A model generated the notes under the pieces. That model saw only the letters and a list, made by a program, of their open reading frames with translations, searched no databases and was not told the origin of the DNA. A stretch of 63,879 nt of DNA, filler included, from Octopus bimaculoides (taxonomy: Eukaryota): NCBI RefSeq assembly GCF_001194135.2. It is 7 parts of 7 records of this genome, joined end to end, with 100 filler letters (N's around TTAATTAATTAA, not from the genome) between each part and the next. Parts side by side here need not be neighbours in the genome. Positions count along the whole stretch, not along the records: positions 57,552 to 62,302 come from NC_068989.1; positions 62,403 to 63,879 come from NC_068991.1; 5 more parts are not named here. One strand, given 5' to 3'. Position numbers and translations under genes: made by a program. Numbering within the stretch: position 1 is the stretch's first letter; each line of letters starts with the position of its first letter. Below are positions 60,222 to 63,879 of this stretch, one piece after another.

Positions 60222-60580
60222 ACAAGAGCACTCAGAGAGCGCATGACTCCGCCAAAGCAACACTAACGTCCTCTCAACGAGTAGCCGGAGATAATTTTTT
60301 AAATGAGAATATCTGAAATAAACTCGACTGCTCTCACAAACGAGAATATTAAAAATGAACCCGACCGCTCTCAAAAATTAAGTATAAAAATAGGAAAAAT
60401 AATCCAGAATCCTTGTCCGGTACCGGACCGATCTCAAAATCTAATCATCTCGTGCCAGTCACGTGGTCAAACATCCCTGACAGTTTCATCCGAATTCATC
60501 CAGCGGTTCTTGAAATATCTTGTCTACAGACAAACAAACACGACTGAAACAATATCGAAGGCGGGGGGCGGGGGGGAATA
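60222..60580 (+). mobile_element. Non-autonomous element resembling Helentron-associated / DINE-1-like MITEs
   Basis: Starts aacaagagcactcagagagcgc, has an internal palindrome gtccggtaccggac and a gacaaacaaac tract, and ends in G-rich ggcggggggcggggggaataa. Confidence 0.45.
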
Positions 60581-60674
60581 AATGAAGAAAATGTAATCAA
60601 AACAACAACAATGACCTTAACATTAACAATGACAATATCAACAGCAATAATAGACTTGGAAGTGGGAAAAAGTT

Positions 60675-60840
60675 AATAGCAAAGCCATAGTGGTAAGAAG
60701 CTTGATTCCCAACCATATGGTTCCGGGTTCAGTTCCACTGTGTGTCACCTTGGGCAAGAGCAAATGTCTCCTACTACAGCCTCGGCCCAACTAAAGCCTT
60801 GTGAAGGGATTTGGTGGACGAAAGCTGAAAGAAGCCTGTC

Positions 60841-60886
<46 letters not shown>

Positions 60887-61125
60887 GTGCGTGTGTGTCT
60901 TTGTGGTGTGTCTTTGTGTCTGTTTGTCCCCACCATCACTTGATAACTCCTGTTTGTGTGTCTACGTCCTCGTAACTTAACGATCCAGCAAAAAGGCCCG
61001 ATAGGATAAGTACCATGCTCTAAAAAATAGAATAAGTTCAGGGGTTGATACATTCGACTAAAAATCCTTCAAGGCGGTGCCCCAGCATGGCCGCAGTCTA
61101 ACGACTGAAGACAAATAAAAGAAAA
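60675..61125 (+). mobile_element. SINE family A, full length, with internal (CTAT)n
   Basis: Head gtggtaagaagcttgattcccaaccatatggttccgggttcag, internal tetranucleotide repeat, body cgtaacttaacg..ccgataggataagtacc, tail aaggcggtgccccagcatggccgcag. Confidence 0.9.
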
Positions 61126-61832
61126 TTATCACTTATGCTTATAGTAGATTGGCATTGATTGGCAGAATTGGCAGTCATTACAACTGGCTCAATATGCTAT
61201 AGGTTCAAATCACGCTGATACCAACATCCATTCAGGAGGGTCGATAAATAAAGTATGTATCCCAAAGAGGTACATAATTGATAAAATTGTTAGAGGATCG
61301 AGCAAAATGTCTTGAGGCATCTTTTCTGCTTTTTAGTGTTCTGGGTTCGAATTCCGCTTAGGTACCGATGAGCTGTGTACATCACCTGATGGAAGGACCC
61401 TGTTCAGCCTGCAGTTGGCTTACGTGAATATGTCGGCCTAAAAGCAGCATAAGTTATTGAATCTTCATGCAGCCGTAAATAGGGGGAAAAAAACTAAAAA
61501 ATAATAAAAAACAAAAGCAAACCCCCTCCCCAAACAGCTAATGAATTCTTTAACTTTTTTTGTCAACCTCGTAAGGATGAAAAGGCGAATGAGACCACAA
61601 CGGAATTTTAGCTTCCAACATAACGAAGCCAAGACGATTCTGAGTCTCTACCAGCTCCGCTACCTACTTACTGGCCACCAGCTTTACTGATACTGGCAAT
61701 GTCCGATGTTATCTGCTTCGTCTTATAAATACTTGCAGTAGATGACAGCCACAGAAAAAACTACACACAGACACGTTTCAAACTTAACGCTTCACTACGT
61801 TTGCTAACGTCTGGTTTGGACTTAACGCTGAT

Positions 61833-61863
<31 letters not shown>

Positions 61864-62112
61864 GGAGAGAGAGAGAGAGAGGGGGGGGGGAGGAGACCAT
61901 TTGGAAAAATATTTCACTGAATAGAATTCTTGAGAAACGCGAAAGAACCGTTTCATTGCTGATGTTGCTGCTGATGATATTTATGTTGTTGCTGCTGTTG
62001 CTGTTGATGTTGCTGTATTGCTTGTTGATGTTGTTGTTGATGTTGCTGTTTTTGTTAATGATGTAGTTTGTCTTCATTAAATTGTTCTCGTTTTTCTTTA
62101 TTTTCTTATCAT

Positions 62113-62280
62113 AGGCGCAGGAGTGGCTGTGTGGTAAGTAGCTTGTTTACCAACCACATGGTTCCGGGTTCATTCCCACTGCGTGGCACTTTGGGCAAGT
62201 GTCTCCTACTATAGCCTCGGGCTAACCAAAGCCTTGTGAGTGGATTGGTAGACGGAAACTGAAAGAAGCCCGTCGTATAT
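62113..62280 (+). mobile_element. SINE family A head, young copy
   Basis: aggcgcaggagtggctgtgtggtaagtagcttg..gaaactgaaagaagcccgtcgtata, followed by (TA)n and a linker. Confidence 0.9.
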
Positions 62281-62302
62281 ATGTATGTATATATATATAT
62301 AT

Positions 62303-62402
62303 NNNNNNNNNNNNNNNNNNNNNNNNNNNNNNNNNNNNNNNNNNNNTTAATTAATTAANNNNNNNNNNNNNNNNNNNNNNNNNNNNNNNNNNNNNNNNNN
62401 NN
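62303..62402. other. Artificial scaffold linker
   Basis: N run + TTAATTAATTAA + N run. Confidence 0.9.
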
Positions 62403-62735
62403 GATTCCCAGACCGGCCTTGTGAGTGTTTATTGACCAAAAACACCTAAAGCTCCACGAGGCTCCGGCAGGGGATGGTGGCGAACCCTGCTGTACTCTTT
62501 CACCACAACTTTCTCTCACTCTTACTTCCTGTTTCTGTTGTGCCTGTAATTCAAAGGGTCAGCCTTGTCACACTCTGTGTCACGCTGAATATCCCCGAGA
62601 ACTACGTTAAGGGTACACGTGTCTGTGGAGTGCTTAGCCACTTGCACGTTAATTTCACTAGCAGGCTGTTCCGTTGATCGGATCAACTGGATCCCTCGAC
62701 GTCGTAAGCGACGGAGTGCCAACAGCAACAACAAC
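62403..62735 (+). mobile_element. Retroposon 3' portion ending in (AAC)n
   Basis: GC-richer structured segment ending gacggagtgccaacagcaacaacaac. The 5' part is lost at the linker. Confidence 0.65.
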
Positions 62736-63143
62736 TAGACAAGGCATAAAGAATAGCCATTATATATTTTTCTTTATTGTAGTAAATTTGTCTTACGGAT
62801 GTTTCCAGTAGAATTTATAGGTTCATTATTGACAGGTTTACTCATTCGGTCCATTGACCGGTTGAGGACAAATGAACGACCTAGAAAATTAATGCTGCTT
62901 TCGTTAGAATCATTTCTGGTTATTGTAACCTCGCAGAACAATGAAAGAATGGTACAATCGTGGGGAGGAGGGAGTGAAAAGAGGCACTAAGAACGAGTAT
63001 AAGTTAAGTGGAAGAAGAGATGAAGAGGAAAGAAGGGAAAGGATGATTTGGAAACGAAGGACCAGAGGAAAGAGAAGAAAAGAAAAGAATAGAAAGAATA
63101 GAGTGAGAGGGGATGGACTCAATTTCGGCCATCCTCTGTCCCT

Positions 63144-63280
63144 TATGTGGAGGCGCGTGGCCTCCAAAAATGAGTAACGATGCGATGGACTGGCGTCCAG
63201 TCCAGCTGGGGAACACATACGCCATTGAAACCGGGCCCATGAGCCTGGCTAGGCTTTTAAAAGGGCGCATTTATTTATTT
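63144..63280 (+). mobile_element. Internally deleted tRNA-derived SINE (V-SINE-like core)
   Basis: ggaggcgcgtggcct head start fused to gcgatggactggcgtccagtccag..gggcccatgagcctggctaggc and a (TTTA)n tail. Confidence 0.6.
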
Positions 63281-63879
63281 TATTCTGTCCCTTATTGCCT
63301 CTGTTCGTCACCCCACCTTCATACCCGTACCATTGTTTCAGCTTTCTGCTTGGTTATAACAGTTTGGAAAAGCCGGGTTCATTCGTCTCCTCTAATTCCT
63401 GGCTGCATCGCTTCATCTTTGGAATGGGAAAATTTAGGAGAAACTTGCAAGACGGAACAAATCTGGGAACAGCTATAATATGACTGACAGTTTTACGATG
63501 GTATGGTAGCAAAGTTTCTGAGAGACAGGAGCTTTGGATTAGATTCCGTCGACCAAAATTTAACAACCAAAAACGTTGGTGAACTTGCCCTTTATAATAT
63601 TTATAAGAAAACACTTGCCCAATGAGCTTGCCGTGCTGTAGGATCGAACTCGGAGCCATATGATTGCGGAGCAAACTTTGCTGAACGCATAACCACGTCA
63701 ATATTAATTAACAAATGTGTCATTCTTACACCGAAGCCTCACCTTTACACACGTACACACACACACACACACACATAATACACACATACAAACACACGCT
63801 CTCTCACGCACATACACACATTACCAGCTCTATTACCACGATGACCACCACCACCACCACCACCACCACCATTATTGCT

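Overview
This is eukaryotic, AT-rich DNA saturated with microsatellites and SINEs. The SINE families and the protocadherin type point to a coleoid cephalopod, most likely Octopus (inference). The window is a mosaic of seven assembly pieces joined by 100-bp artificial linkers (44 N + TTAATTAATTAA + 44 N), with many other N gaps. The only intact-looking protein gene is a 3'-truncated protocadherin (49736-51134, +; signal peptide plus EC1-EC4, cut by a linker). It has a predicted non-coding first exon ending at 47530 and a leader with several upstream AUGs. The rest is mobile-element debris: two tRNA-derived SINE families, CR1/L2 and R4/Dong-like LINE fragments, two decayed Penelope-like (RT/GIY-YIG) fragments, three Tc1 fragments and hAT MITEs. 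The most notable signal is a set of type I hammerhead ribozyme (HHR) motifs found by manual reading. One foldback element, present in two copies (3422-3774 and 45758-46020), carries a U3-A8 variant hammerhead between long inverted arms, and its helix I shows compensatory base changes between the copies. A second foldback family has a decayed motif in its loop, and one hammerhead has a 105-nt rod-like helix II (55620-55753). All RNA folds were derived by eye. No folding program, alignment or database search was run, and repeat boundaries are approximate.
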